DNA from: Sulfolobales archaeon HS-7
GTDB taxonomy: Archaea; Thermoproteota; Thermoprotei_A; Sulfolobales; Sulfolobaceae
Length of the DNA stretch: 64,000 nucleotides
Assembly (NCBI GenBank): GCA_019704295.1
Contig: AP024596.1
Location: 1,088,001-1,152,000, forward strand
Reading direction: 5' to 3'
Shown: one piece after another, positions 1 through 10,702 of the stretch
Layout of the letters: each line of letters opens with the position of its first letter
Numbering within the stretch: position 1 is the first letter of the stretch
The notes under the pieces: generated by a model
Told to the model about the DNA's origin: nothing
Seen by the model: the letters and a program-made list of their open reading frames with translations, nothing else
Databases searched by the model: none
Translations under genes and position numbers: made by a program

Positions 1-502
1 CTTTAATGAATTTCTTCGCATCGTCATCCAATAGTACTCCCTTTTCGTCAAATCTCTTCGAGGCGAATGTTATGATCACCTCTGGCCTATTAACCGCTGT
101 AATGTTGAGAAATGTAAATATCTGTCTTAAGTGAAGTTGTGCTCTTTCTCCACCGATCATTCCAATCGATGCACTCATAATTCCTGCTACCTTACCGTCA
201 AATACGTTGTCGTTATAGGGTCGCGATGCCCAATCTATTGCGTTTTTTAATACTCCAGGAACTGAGTAATTATATTCCGGTGTAACGAAAAGAAGGGCGT
301 CCGCTTCTCTAATTCTTCGTTTGAAATCCCTTACTACTTCGGGCAGATCGCTCTCCAAGTCCTGATTAAATAGAGGGAACTCCCCTAGTCTCTCAAAAAG
401 TTCTATTTTCATATATTCTGGTGCAAGACTCTGAGCGTTTTTAAATAGCATCATGTTATACGAATTTTTCCTCAAGCTTCCTACAATGCCGAGGACTTTC
501 AT
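1..502 (-). CDS. NAD(P)H-dependent FMN reductase (ChrR/SsuE-like flavoprotein), 3' end runs off the window
   Basis: Not in the ORF track. Manual translation from ATG at 502 gives MKVLGIVGSLRKNSYN...LFVTPEYNYSVPGVLKNAIDWASRP, with the GSLRxxSxN and PEYNxSxPxxLKNAIDW family signatures. Confidence 0.9.
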   Translation of the reverse strand, partial: MKVLGIVGSLRKNSYNMMLFKNAQSLAPEYMKIELFERLGEFPLFNQDLESDLPEVVRDFKRRIREADALLFVTPEYNYSVPGVLKNAIDWASRPYNDNVFDGKVAGIMSASIGMIGGERAQLHLRQIFTFLNITAVNRPEVIITFASKRFDEKGVLLDDDAKKFIK

Positions 503-583
503 TTTGCTCTAATGTCAGTTTTAGGCTAAAACATAAAAGCTTTTACTTAATGATGTAAAAAAACGTCAAATATCTTTTACTTT

Positions 584-1849
584 TTAAAACAGAGCTTCAC
601 CGACTCTCTCCCTTGGTGCGGGTATAACAAAGATCAAAGCTAATAATCCCCCTATAATTCCAACTAGAGACGTTGCTACTGCTTGACTTATGCCTGTGAA
701 CAGCAGGAAGGTACTTATGTAAGGGGCGAATGAACTAAATGCTACGCCCACGTTAATTATGAGACCTATACCGGAGTATCTGACCTTTGTCTCTATGCTT
801 TCAGCCAGCCACGCCGGCAAAACAGCGTATTGTGCCCCAAAAATTAAACCCATAATTGCGCCAGACACAATTGCTAGACCTAGTGAACGTGAGGTCATCA
901 TAAGGAACAATGGATAGTTTATAACTGCCATAATTATGTAAAAGGTTATCAATATTTTCTTTCTGGTCCCTATATTATCGCTTAAAAGGCCGAAAAACGG
1001 ACTAGTGAAAAGCCATACTGCACTTGAAACGAGTATTACCAGAGATGTCTCACCTGGTGAGAAGTTAAGAAGAGGTAAAAGCGTTCCCATATAGCCTAAA
1101 GTGCTGTAGTAGTATAAGGCCTCTCCAAAAATAACTACAACAGCTATTACTATGAACTTCCAGTATTTTCTTAACGCTGTTGCTATGGGAATTTTCTCTA
1201 CTGCAAGTTTAGCCTCCTTTTCCCAGACAGGACTTTCCCCTATAGACCATCTAACAATAAATGCAATGAGTAGAGGTAACAGTCCGAACCAGAAAACTAT
1301 CCTCCATCCTATAGTATCGAAAGTTGTTGTTGTCGGGGCTAAAAATGACGCAAGTGCAATAGCGGCGGAGCCGAAAATACCTCCTAGTGCGGCGCCTGCT
1401 TGTGATATTCCTCCAAAGAATCCCCTTCTATTGTTTGGTGCGAACTCAGTCGTTATTGTCATTCCTCCCGCCCACTCTCCTCCTAGGAAGAAACCCTGTC
1501 CGAACCTAAGGATTACGATGAGTATAGTAGCAGCTATTCCTATCGACTGATAGGTCGGGAGAAATCCAATGAGCAAAGTTGCTAGTCCCATGCCCAATAA
1601 CGAGATTAACCAGTACGTTTTCCTACCGAGCTTGTCACCGAAGTGGGCCAAAACAATTGCACCTATAGGTCTTGCGAAATAGCCTATAACTAGAGTTATG
1701 AGGGCTTCTAAAAGGCTTGCTGCGTAACTTGAGGAAGGGAAAAAGAGTGGAGCTATTGCCGTGCTTACGTATATAAAGGTTAACAGGTCGTATAACTCTA
1801 GAGCCCATCCCAAATTGGCCGATATGGCCACTTTCCACGCGTCATTCAT
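584..1849 (-). CDS. MFS transporter, metabolite:H+ symporter (MHS)-like
   Basis: About 12 hydrophobic segments; GWALELYD, FGDKLGRK (motif A), GGEWAGG and EFAPNNRRGF motifs. Confidence 0.9.
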   Translation of the reverse strand: MNDAWKVAISANLGWALELYDLLTFIYVSTAIAPLFFPSSSYAASLLEALITLVIGYFARPIGAIVLAHFGDKLGRKTYWLISLLGMGLATLLIGFLPTYQSIGIAATILIVILRFGQGFFLGGEWAGGMTITTEFAPNNRRGFFGGISQAGAALGGIFGSAAIALASFLAPTTTTFDTIGWRIVFWFGLLPLLIAFIVRWSIGESPVWEKEAKLAVEKIPIATALRKYWKFIVIAVVVIFGEALYYYSTLGYMGTLLPLLNFSPGETSLVILVSSAVWLFTSPFFGLLSDNIGTRKKILITFYIIMAVINYPLFLMMTSRSLGLAIVSGAIMGLIFGAQYAVLPAWLAESIETKVRYSGIGLIINVGVAFSSFAPYISTFLLFTGISQAVATSLVGIIGGLLALIFVIPAPRERVGEALF

Positions 1850-1944
1850 TTTAAACTCCTGTATACAAACTTTTATATAAAATTAACCATATAGTATGTG
1901 AAAAATAGCACATAGTTAAAAACTATAGATATATATAAATCAAT

Positions 1945-3012
1945 ATGAAGGCCGCAGTTATAAGAAACTACAACGGGGAAATTTCAGTTCAGGACGTCGA
2001 AGTAGAACGTCCAAGACGAGGAGAGGTTATGTTGAAGATCATAGCGACAGGACTTTGTCACTCCGACTTAAGTGCATATGAGGGTAAGATCCCCGTTCCG
2101 ACTCCATTCGTTGCAGGGCATGAGATATTCGGGGAGATCGTTGATATTGGCGAGGGAGTGACGAACTTCTCCGTTGGGGACAGAGTGATCATGGCGTTCA
2201 TTAAACCTTGCGGAAAATGCGAATACTGCGTAAAAGGGCAGGAAAATCTCTGCGAGAACTACGGTAAGAACGTATTGAGGGGTAAAATGTTAGACGGGAC
2301 GACTAGGCTTAGATTAAGGGGAGCGGAATTGAATATTCTGGGCGGTGGGGGGTTTTCTGAATACGCGGTTATAGAGGAAACTGGTCTAGCGAAAGTGCCA
2401 AATGAGATTTCAGATGAGAGTATTGCGGTGTTAGGATGTGCAGGATTAACGGGATATGGAGCGGTTAATAACGCCATGCCGATCTTCGGTAAACGCGTGA
2501 TGGTAATCGGAGTTGGAGGCGTAGGAATGTCCGTAATACAATGGGCGAAAATAGCAGGAGCTAGGGAAATAATAGCAGTGGATATATCAGATGAGAAACT
2601 TAAAAACGCAAGGGAATTGGGAGCTAAAATTATAAACTCTAACATTACGTCAAAAGAGCAAGTCGAAAACGAGAGTCCCGACGTTGTTATAGAGGTAGCA
2701 GGTACTACTAAAACTGAGGAAATGGCGGTAAATGTTGTCAAAAAGGGGGGAAAAGTCGTGTTTGTTGGGCTTCCAAACGTCAATGAGGCAGTAAGGATTT
2801 ACGGTGCAAGTGTAGTCAGAAAGGGTATTACGATCACGGGCAGTTACGGTGGAAGACCTAGGATTGACTTGCCCGCTATGATGGAATATGTGAAAAAAGG
2901 AATTTTTAGACCAGATCTGTTAGTGTCTAAAAGGTATTCTCTTGAAGAGCTTCCACGAGCATTACGTGATTTGGCGGAGGGAAGAATAGTAAGGGGTCTA
3001 ATTAACCCCTGA
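1945..3012 (+). CDS. Zn-dependent medium-chain alcohol dehydrogenase, succinic semialdehyde reductase-like paralog, probably NAD(H)-specific
   Basis: CHSD and GHE catalytic Zn motifs, CGKCEYC...C structural Zn site, GVGGVG Rossmann motif followed by AVDIS, C-terminal YGGRPRIDLP. Confidence 0.85.
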   Translation: MKAAVIRNYNGEISVQDVEVERPRRGEVMLKIIATGLCHSDLSAYEGKIPVPTPFVAGHEIFGEIVDIGEGVTNFSVGDRVIMAFIKPCGKCEYCVKGQENLCENYGKNVLRGKMLDGTTRLRLRGAELNILGGGGFSEYAVIEETGLAKVPNEISDESIAVLGCAGLTGYGAVNNAMPIFGKRVMVIGVGGVGMSVIQWAKIAGAREIIAVDISDEKLKNARELGAKIINSNITSKEQVENESPDVVIEVAGTTKTEEMAVNVVKKGGKVVFVGLPNVNEAVRIYGASVVRKGITITGSYGGRPRIDLPAMMEYVKKGIFRPDLLVSKRYSLEELPRALRDLAEGRIVRGLINP

Positions 3013-3317
3013 TTTTGCCACCATAAAACAATATCTTCTCGCCAATTTTACTAAAAACTACGCAATTACAAAATTCGAGAAAATTCGCATAAAAGAATGC
3101 AAACTAGTTTAATTTTTGTTGAGGTAGGGAAAGGATCGGCTCTTATATCAAGAGATTAGCACGTGACTAAGTTTTTACGCTATTGTAATACCATATGTAG
3201 TATTGAGTGGAAGAGGGCGTTAATGCTTAGCAAGGAAGTTCTTAACTCTTGTGCAACGCTAATAGTAGAAGTGGGGGGAGTTGCTTACTAGTAAATTAGT
3301 ATCGGGGGACGTTTAGG

Positions 3318-4346
3318 TCATTCCTCAAGTCCGAGCTCTCTCAATATCTCCTCTGTGTTCTCCCCTACTGAAGGTATTTGTTCATTTGATGTGGAGGAAA
3401 TCGGAAACGGAGGCAAGATATAATCCTTGAGTTTTTCCCAATTGACGTTTAACTTAAGCAATGACGGAATATCGTTATACGGTACAGCAGGTATGCCGTT
3501 CTTGAGCAGGATTTCTATTATTTCCTGCGTAGAGTATTCTGAAAATCTTTTCTGTAAAACGGCATGAAGTTCTTCTCTGTCATGTACCCTTTTCTTATTT
3601 GTGTTCCACTTCTCTTCATTTATCCCCAATATCCGACTCAGTTTTTCCCATTTTTCGTTATTGTTTACCGCCAGGTAGAACTTCTTTCCGTCCTTTCCCT
3701 CAAAAAGTTCATATGGCGCCCAAAATGGTAAGGCATCTCCCTTAGAGGGAAAGAGTTCTCCGAGCTTCTGATATGCTAGTATGTAATATCCCAGCCAATA
3801 CATTGCCGATTCAAAGAGGGTGACTTCGTAGTACCCAGGTCTGTTAAAGAGCAACGCATTAAGTACAGTTATTGTAGCATAGAGGGCAGTTGTCATATCG
3901 GTAATTGATGCTGGAAGTCTAGAATTCCCGTTACTCCACATAACTCCGCTGATGGCTTCTATCATTGTACCAAAGGCCGGATATTTACTCATATTACTTG
4001 GGAAGCCTTTTACTGAACAGTAAATTAAGTTGGGGTTTACCTCAGAGAGTTTTTTGTACTCCAATCCCAACCTTTCCATCGCTCCCGGTGACAAGTTTTC
4101 AATAACAACATTAGTTGTTTTTATTAACTCTATGAAAATTTTCTTATCATCCTCTTTCTTTAAATCCAGTACTATTGACTTCTTCCCCCTATTAATGAAG
4201 GAGAAAATCGTGTCGTCCATAACATCGTCTTTCCTTAAGGGATCTCCTCCGGGGGGTTCAACCTTGACAACTTCAAATCCTAACCTTTGTAATACGTATC
4301 CAGCGTAAGGTCCAGCTATGACAGAACCGACTTCAACTACTCTCAT
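3318..4346 (-). CDS. Family III CoA-transferase (CaiB/BaiF)
   Basis: IAGPYA, VVKVEPPGGDPLR, NRGKKSIVLDLK and ENLSPGAMERLGL motifs. Confidence 0.9.
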   Translation of the reverse strand: MRVVEVGSVIAGPYAGYVLQRLGFEVVKVEPPGGDPLRKDDVMDDTIFSFINRGKKSIVLDLKKEDDKKIFIELIKTTNVVIENLSPGAMERLGLEYKKLSEVNPNLIYCSVKGFPSNMSKYPAFGTMIEAISGVMWSNGNSRLPASITDMTTALYATITVLNALLFNRPGYYEVTLFESAMYWLGYYILAYQKLGELFPSKGDALPFWAPYELFEGKDGKKFYLAVNNNEKWEKLSRILGINEEKWNTNKKRVHDREELHAVLQKRFSEYSTQEIIEILLKNGIPAVPYNDIPSLLKLNVNWEKLKDYILPPFPISSTSNEQIPSVGENTEEILRELGLEE

Positions 4347-5883
4347 TTAATTCCCTCCTAATGAGCTCCCTAAGTTCCTTTCTCCTAATCTTTCCAGTTA
4401 CCGTAGTTGGCAACGTATCTACGAACTTAACTATTCTAGGATAAGCGTAATAAGCTAGTTTTCCCTTAACGTGATTCTTTATCGAGTTCTCGAGTTCTAG
4501 GGACGGGTCATATCCTTCTTTTAAAACGACGAACGCGGCTATTATAACCCCCCTTAAGGGATCTTCAACGCCTACTACGCTGCACGTCTTAACTGCGGGG
4601 TGAGAAGAGATCACAGATTCAACTTCTATAGGGCTTATCCTGTAACCAGAGGATTTTATTATGTCGTCATTTCTTCCAAGGAAGGAGATGTAGCCGTCGT
4701 TACTTAATTCCCCAATATCTCCTGTAAATACCCATCCATTCCTCATTTTACTTGACGTTTCCTCAGGTTTCTTGAAGTATCCTATCATAGCTGATGGGTC
4801 TGGAAGCTTTACAACTATTTCACCTGAACGGGAGGGATTACCATTCTCCATAATTGAGACGAAGTGACCGGGGCAGGGCCTCCCTAAATATCCAGGCTTA
4901 TACACACCTAACGAAATCGAACTACATATGACCAAATTGACCTCTGTCTGACCGTATATCTGATTAAGATGAAAACCCCTTTTCATTGACCACTCTACTA
5001 AGTCTGGAGTAACTGGTTCGCCACCGCTCATTACAGCCCTTAAGGGCAATTCCGCCTTACTCAACTCCTCTTCGCCCCTTAACATTCTGACCACTGTCGG
5101 TACTAGGAATGCCCTATCCACCTTATGTTTTTGAATTACATGTATCAAGTCCATAACGTCAAGTCTTCCCTTTCTCGAATACACTACAACTGTTCTGCCG
5201 TAGTATAGTGTGCTTAATAGAAGGTCTCCTAGACCTCCTATCCAGGCCCATTCCGAGGGGGTAATGAACTTTCTACCGTCAAATTCATAAGCGATCTGCC
5301 AGGCTGGTAAATGTCCTAGTATCCAACTCCTCGGCAGCAGAACCCCTTTCGGTTCGCCCGTAGTACCAGACGTGTAGAATAATTGAGTTGGAGTAGTTGG
5401 TTCCGGTGAAAACGTCTCAAAATTTGCAGTCGACTCATTAACCTCTGTAATTACTGGAATGTTGACGTTTGCGTCCTTAAGTTTTCTTTTTCCATCGTCG
5501 TCAGTTATTACCACTTTAGCTTCGCTATGCTTTAGTCTGTAGGTTAAAGCGTCAGTTCCGAATAGGGTAGAAAGGGAGAGAGCAACTCCCCCTAACTTAT
5601 ACACCCCTAAGATTCCAATTGGTAGCATTGGAGATTGGGGAAGCAAAACGCCCACTACATCCCCTTTTTTCACACCTAGATCTTGAAGGATTTTTGCAAC
5701 ACCATTGCTCTTGACCCTGAGTTCTGAATACTGGACCTCTTTATCATCATCGATCAGGGCTACGCCTTCGTTATTATCGATCACTTTAACTGGATCGTGA
5801 AAGCTCCACCTGAAATTAGAGGATATTTCGTCAAAGGAATTACCAAATTTCCTTAAATCTATTTTCTCCTCTTCGTTCATCAA
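4333..5883 (-). CDS. AMP-forming acyl-CoA synthetase
   Basis: YTSGTTGEPKG AMP-binding loop, YGQTE, TGD, GRNDDIIKSSGYRI, LPTTVTGKIRR. Overlaps the CoA-transferase start. Confidence 0.92.
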   Translation of the reverse strand: MMNEEEKIDLRKFGNSFDEISSNFRWSFHDPVKVIDNNEGVALIDDDKEVQYSELRVKSNGVAKILQDLGVKKGDVVGVLLPQSPMLPIGILGVYKLGGVALSLSTLFGTDALTYRLKHSEAKVVITDDDGKRKLKDANVNIPVITEVNESTANFETFSPEPTTPTQLFYTSGTTGEPKGVLLPRSWILGHLPAWQIAYEFDGRKFITPSEWAWIGGLGDLLLSTLYYGRTVVVYSRKGRLDVMDLIHVIQKHKVDRAFLVPTVVRMLRGEEELSKAELPLRAVMSGGEPVTPDLVEWSMKRGFHLNQIYGQTEVNLVICSSISLGVYKPGYLGRPCPGHFVSIMENGNPSRSGEIVVKLPDPSAMIGYFKKPEETSSKMRNGWVFTGDIGELSNDGYISFLGRNDDIIKSSGYRISPIEVESVISSHPAVKTCSVVGVEDPLRGVIIAAFVVLKEGYDPSLELENSIKNHVKGKLAYYAYPRIVKFVDTLPTTVTGKIRRKELRELIRRELNESS

Positions 5884-6272
5884 ACTCCAGTTTATAAATA
5901 ACGATATAAATGTTTAATCTAGTTCTATAAAGGATAAACGTTTTCAAATTAAATAAATAGTAAGTTGTGAGATACCATTTTACTGTGGTTAAGGTAGAAC
6001 TCATGTGAGGAGTCCTTGTATGAGAATTACGTGTTTACAGTGCCTATATTAATGACGATTGCAAGGAGTAGACGTATTGATACGTTGAACAGTTCGAGGT
6101 ATCATCGTTGAGAAGCCCTTTAGGGAAGGTGAGAAATAAGGTATTCCTGAAGTAATATCATTAACGTTTCCCTCGCCTATAGAGGAGTGAGTTTGTGGTA
6201 ACGAACATTCTAATAGTTTACTTACGTAAAACTCTTAAAAACCACATGAAGATATAACCAATAATCATACCG

Positions 6273-7238
6273 TTATTCGAAGAAAATTTTCACATTTCTC
6301 TCGTAAGGCTCTCTCTTAAAACGTTCCAACGCCTCTGCAAAGTCGTTATTTAGCTCAGATAGACGTTTCACAGTGCCGTTAGTAACCACGAGCGGATCTA
6401 CGTATCTTTTTTTGATTCTTAATTTTACCTCACCGTTATCTTCTACTCGTATCTTTCTATTTAATAACTGGATTTTCTCTTTGAATTCTTCTATACCCAT
6501 AACCTTGTCCATAACTTGTTCCTCGGTTGCGAAGAGATCCTCCGTTGACAAAATCCCGCTATCTAGGGCCTGTTTAATAATTCCAGCGAAGATATACCTT
6601 CTGGCGGTTTCCTCCCAATTTCCCCAGACTTTCCTTTGCATTTCTAAGTATTTGTTAGCGAATTCCAGAGCATCGCTCTCATCATAGAACGCCATATATC
6701 CGTTATGATTGATTATTTTATCCCAATTCGCCTCTTCTCCGCGCAAAATTATTTCCCTGTAAAGGTGGTCTGCTCTATCAGCACACAGATTAGGGATCTC
6801 TAGGTCCACTAACGGAAAACGAGATAAGTCGGAAATCTTTTCAGGGTCAAAGCCGTAATTTCTCAGGACTTGACCTGCATCTGAGTTCGATAGAAATTGA
6901 GCATGTATCGAATCCTGAAAGTTCTGAGTTGAATAGTCCCCGAAAATCATGTCCATTGTATGGGAAAATGCCATATGTGATACGTCATGTAGGAGACCTG
7001 CTATCTGTTCCTCTAGTTCTCCACCGAGTTTTCTCACCAGTATAAACACACCTATCGAATGTTCATATCTTGTAAAATAGGTTTGATTATCTAAGAGAAT
7101 TTTAGGCAGACCTTGTTGAGAAATATGTTTTAGTCGCTGGACCGTTTTAGAATTTAATAAGTCAATTATAACATTTTCATCTACGTTCACACTTCCGTAA
7201 ACGTAATCTGTAAGAAGCATGAAAGGATTAGCAAACAT
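6273..7238 (-). CDS. HD-domain phosphohydrolase (dNTPase/YwfO-like); start may be the ATG at 7220
   Basis: QRLKHISQ, RYEHSIG, GLLHDVSH and CADRAD motifs. Confidence 0.85.
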   Translation of the reverse strand: MFANPFMLLTDYVYGSVNVDENVIIDLLNSKTVQRLKHISQQGLPKILLDNQTYFTRYEHSIGVFILVRKLGGELEEQIAGLLHDVSHMAFSHTMDMIFGDYSTQNFQDSIHAQFLSNSDAGQVLRNYGFDPEKISDLSRFPLVDLEIPNLCADRADHLYREIILRGEEANWDKIINHNGYMAFYDESDALEFANKYLEMQRKVWGNWEETARRYIFAGIIKQALDSGILSTEDLFATEEQVMDKVMGIEEFKEKIQLLNRKIRVEDNGEVKLRIKKRYVDPLVVTNGTVKRLSELNNDFAEALERFKREPYERNVKIFFE

Positions 7239-7250
7239 AGGAAAAAAAGG

Positions 7251-8642
7251 CTACTGGGTTTCCTCCATATATATTTTATCTTCAGAGACGTCCTCTAAAC
7301 TCTTTAACTTAGGTTCCTTTATGGTAAATATTGTGAGTATCGCGCCAATTACGCTCACCGCTGCAAGCATTTCCATTATCCCCTTAATCCCTATATCGCT
7401 TTTGAGAAGTGGAAAGAGATAAGTTGTAATAGCCGCTCCAGTCTTGCCTGCAGCTGCAGATATTCCATGACCTGTGGTTCTCTTCGACGTCGGGTAAACC
7501 TCAGCCGGAATAATGAAAGTTGTTGTATTAGGCCCGAAGTCTATGAATAAGTAGGAGAGTGCAAAAAGTCCGAAAGCGCCATAAGCTGGTATTAGGAAGC
7601 CCGTTATATTCGTTCCGCTTGTTACCATTACTAGCGCAATTAAGAAGTAGAGTACTCCCATACCAATGAAACCTTGAATTTGAATTAATCTCCTTCCTAA
7701 GGAATCCATTAACGCCACTGCGGTAAAGTATCCTATGAATCCTACGGCATATGGTATTCCCGAATCTAGAATTAAATTTCCCACTGCTGTCGGTTTACCT
7801 AAAATTGAACTTATTATTACACCTTGATAAATTCCAGTTCCGTAAAAGGCTATGTCAAGAATAAACCAAGTCCCAGCAGTTCCCAACAACAATAACCCGT
7901 ATTTGCTCAGGAAGTCCCTTAACCCTACCTTTCCTAATTTCACATCCGTTTCATTCTTATTTCCGTTAGTTGCGATGAATTTCCTAGCCTTTTCCACCTC
8001 AATCTTATTGCCCTCTAACGCAGCATATCTGGGAGTTTCTGGAACCTTTCTCCTTAGGTAAATAACGCTTGCTGCAGGTATTGCCCCGATTAACGCCATA
8101 ACCCTCCAGGCTATATCTGGCGGGAGGGAGAAGGCGGACAACGCTCCTACTGCCACTGCTACTAAGCTTCCGAACCCTTGATTTGCAAATACGAGCGCTA
8201 TCAGTTTTCCTCTATCCTTGACATTGGCGTATTCACTCATTATCGTAGCTGATATGGGGTAATCACCACCTATTCCAAATCCTAAAAGAGTTCTGAATCC
8301 TATTAACCACCATATGTTGGGGGAAAATGCCGAAAGTAATGCTCCCGCGGTTAAAATGGCAGCTTCACTTCCGTAAACTTTTTTCCTGCCTATTCTATCT
8401 CCTAGGAATCCAAAGAAAAGTTGCCCTATAACAGCGGAAATCAGTGCTGAGGAAGTGAGAAGTCCCTCGGTAACGGCATTAAGTGTGAATCCCTTCAGGT
8501 TATAAGCAGTGAAAATATCTAATATAGCTGATATTATTAAAAGGTCATATGCGTCCGTGAAGAAACCCATCCCAGACGTATACCAAACTTTTATGTGGTT
8601 AAAGCTTAACTTACTTTTGTCTAAATCCTCAAATCCCTTCAT
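7251..8642 (-). CDS. MFS phosphate:H+ symporter, Pho84-like
   Basis: GMGFFTDAYDL, GIGGDYPISATIMSE, LDIAFYG and FGPNTTTFIIPAEVYPT are PHS-family signatures. Confidence 0.88.
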   Translation of the reverse strand: MKGFEDLDKSKLSFNHIKVWYTSGMGFFTDAYDLLIISAILDIFTAYNLKGFTLNAVTEGLLTSSALISAVIGQLFFGFLGDRIGRKKVYGSEAAILTAGALLSAFSPNIWWLIGFRTLLGFGIGGDYPISATIMSEYANVKDRGKLIALVFANQGFGSLVAVAVGALSAFSLPPDIAWRVMALIGAIPAASVIYLRRKVPETPRYAALEGNKIEVEKARKFIATNGNKNETDVKLGKVGLRDFLSKYGLLLLGTAGTWFILDIAFYGTGIYQGVIISSILGKPTAVGNLILDSGIPYAVGFIGYFTAVALMDSLGRRLIQIQGFIGMGVLYFLIALVMVTSGTNITGFLIPAYGAFGLFALSYLFIDFGPNTTTFIIPAEVYPTSKRTTGHGISAAAGKTGAAITTYLFPLLKSDIGIKGIMEMLAAVSVIGAILTIFTIKEPKLKSLEDVSEDKIYMEETQ

Positions 8643-9080
8643 GACTTTATCTACGGTTCATTACTCACGGAAGCTAATATGAATCCCCGACGTAATATAT
8701 AGATTATCAATAGTTTATATAGATCTGTTTTTGAAATTGAGTAAGCAAAATAAAGTATGGTTTTAATGCTTAAAAAATTAACCAGCTATGCCGTTTTCGC
8801 GCAGCCTAAGTAGTTACCTTCCGTGGCAAAAACGCGTAACACTAGGGATGAGGATAGCGATCCACTAGAAGGTTTTGGTCTATAGAGTTTCAAGTCATTT
8901 AATATTTAGAGCGCCAAGATTTACGACGTTAATGTAGGCAATGTTCTGGACTCGCTGTTCGCTTAGTTATGTTAGAGGCGAAGCGTATAGTCTCTCAAGA
9001 ATGTATTATTGGTATCTTTCAACCGCTTTCCAAAAAATATATTCCAAAAACTCTCTTAGAGCTTTCAATAATAAAATACT

Positions 9081-9998
9081 TCATGCTCTCCTTATGCTAA
9101 TTGGGATCTGAATTCCGTTAGAGAGCCTGATTACCCCAGAATAGACGTTCCCAGGAGAAATCGCTTGAGACGGATCAAATTTTATCGTTAAGAAGTTCCT
9201 CCCTGGGTAAATTACGTTAGGTTGAAAACTTATTACGGTTAAACCATTAATATCTATCGTAAATATCGAGTAAACACCATTTGAGTAAAGTGCTAAATAA
9301 CCTTCACCGTTTTCTGAGATTGTCCCATTCCCTAGCTGATATACAGGTGTCTGCTGCATAGGAGTTGGCGGTTGATAGTAATAGGGTTGAGTAGTAGGCT
9401 GTGGGGTAGCAAGTGGACTTAGCTTCCTTCCAAGAGCTATGTACGAAATAAATAGACCTGTGAACCATATGAAAGGAATTGCTGTTAAAACACCTCCTAT
9501 AGTCGCTAACGTGTTGGATCCCGAGTTCCCGATAGCCATAATGCTTTTTCCGATGAGTATGAACCCTATCAAATATAGGATAAAAGTTATTACGTAAACG
9601 AAAATTCCTATTACTATGAACATACCTAATCCACCAATTATTCCAAGTATCCCTCCTATAAGAACGAGGGTCATTCCTGTAGGGGAGAACCCCCTATCCG
9701 GAAAACTACTCTTTAAGTTATTTAAAGATCCGTGACCTTGTGAGTAACCTAGATAGTTAAATACAGCAATGATTATAGATGATATAGTTGAAACTACCCC
9801 CACGATTGTTAAAAGGGATACGATGTCTCCTAGTGTAGCAGCCGGGTTAACCGAAGAAGAGACTAGATTCTCTATTTCCACAGCAACACTGCCAAGGTAT
9901 GAGAACGTAAAAATAGTAACTGCGAAAGTTATCAACGAACTTATCCCGAGGTAAAGCAGTGACAGCCTTAGTTTATTTATTTCCGACTCTTGTCCCAT
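9081..9998 (-). CDS. DUF973-like Sulfolobales membrane protein
   Basis: Several TM helices, P/Q-rich linker, C-terminal beta-rich domain beginning VYQLGNGTI. Confidence 0.7.
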   Translation of the reverse strand: MGQESEINKLRLSLLYLGISSLITFAVTIFTFSYLGSVAVEIENLVSSSVNPAATLGDIVSLLTIVGVVSTISSIIIAVFNYLGYSQGHGSLNNLKSSFPDRGFSPTGMTLVLIGGILGIIGGLGMFIVIGIFVYVITFILYLIGFILIGKSIMAIGNSGSNTLATIGGVLTAIPFIWFTGLFISYIALGRKLSPLATPQPTTQPYYYQPPTPMQQTPVYQLGNGTISENGEGYLALYSNGVYSIFTIDINGLTVISFQPNVIYPGRNFLTIKFDPSQAISPGNVYSGVIRLSNGIQIPISIRRA

Positions 9999-10063
9999 GA
10001 GTTCTTCATAACCGAATTAAATTTAACGCTATTCATAATAAATTCGAAACGACTTCCCCCAAA

Positions 10064-10330
10064 TCAACTGCTCTTTATAGTTCCATCGTCATGTAAATAG
10101 CATATCTTCTGGGTCTCATCAAGCGTAAATATCAATCTGGCTTTATTCCCAAGATTATCAACCATTACCTTTCCAACGCCATCCTCTGTCATAACTATTA
10201 GGTAAGCACCTCCTGTGCATGTTTTGAAAGCCTTTAAGTTCTTAGGATTAATTTGAAAAACGTTTTTCAACACTTCCGCGTAGTCAATTTTCCCTCGGTT
10301 AGTTTCTATGCCCTCTTCGCTTATTTTCAT
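10064..10330 (-). CDS. Small hypothetical protein
   Basis: 88-aa ORF with ATG start and plausible composition; no family recognised. Confidence 0.55.
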   Translation of the reverse strand: MKISEEGIETNRGKIDYAEVLKNVFQINPKNLKAFKTCTGGAYLIVMTEDGVGKVMVDNLGNKARLIFTLDETQKICYLHDDGTIKSS

Positions 10331-10702
10331 AACTTTTTTCTAGAATAGGTAGATAAAAGCGTTTTTCTACATTGTCTTCTTAGAGAAAATAGGGAAATCG
10401 ACATTTCTCGAATTCCCATAAATAACGATAACAACGAGGATCAAGATAGTAACGGGCGTTTTAGTTCTACTCTATTGGGATTTTTGCATAGTCTTATGGA
10501 CTCACAAAGTACCTGACTCCAGTTTTGCGAATTCTCCCGTTCTTCTCTCCGTTAAACGACTAAGATGAAAGTACAGAAACGGTTGTGACTTTTAAATTCG
10601 CTTTTTGGGTCGCGATTAATTGTGTACGTGAAATAATTCCACGATTGTTATTCATGGACACCTTGTAAGAGTTTATTATGATATATTTTTCAAAATATAT
10701 CT

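Noticed and set aside
6100-6200. Weak IS605-end-like motifs (also near 8840-8880, 20340-20400, 37066-37085)
   Set aside because: Matches are too short and degenerate to distinguish from chance.
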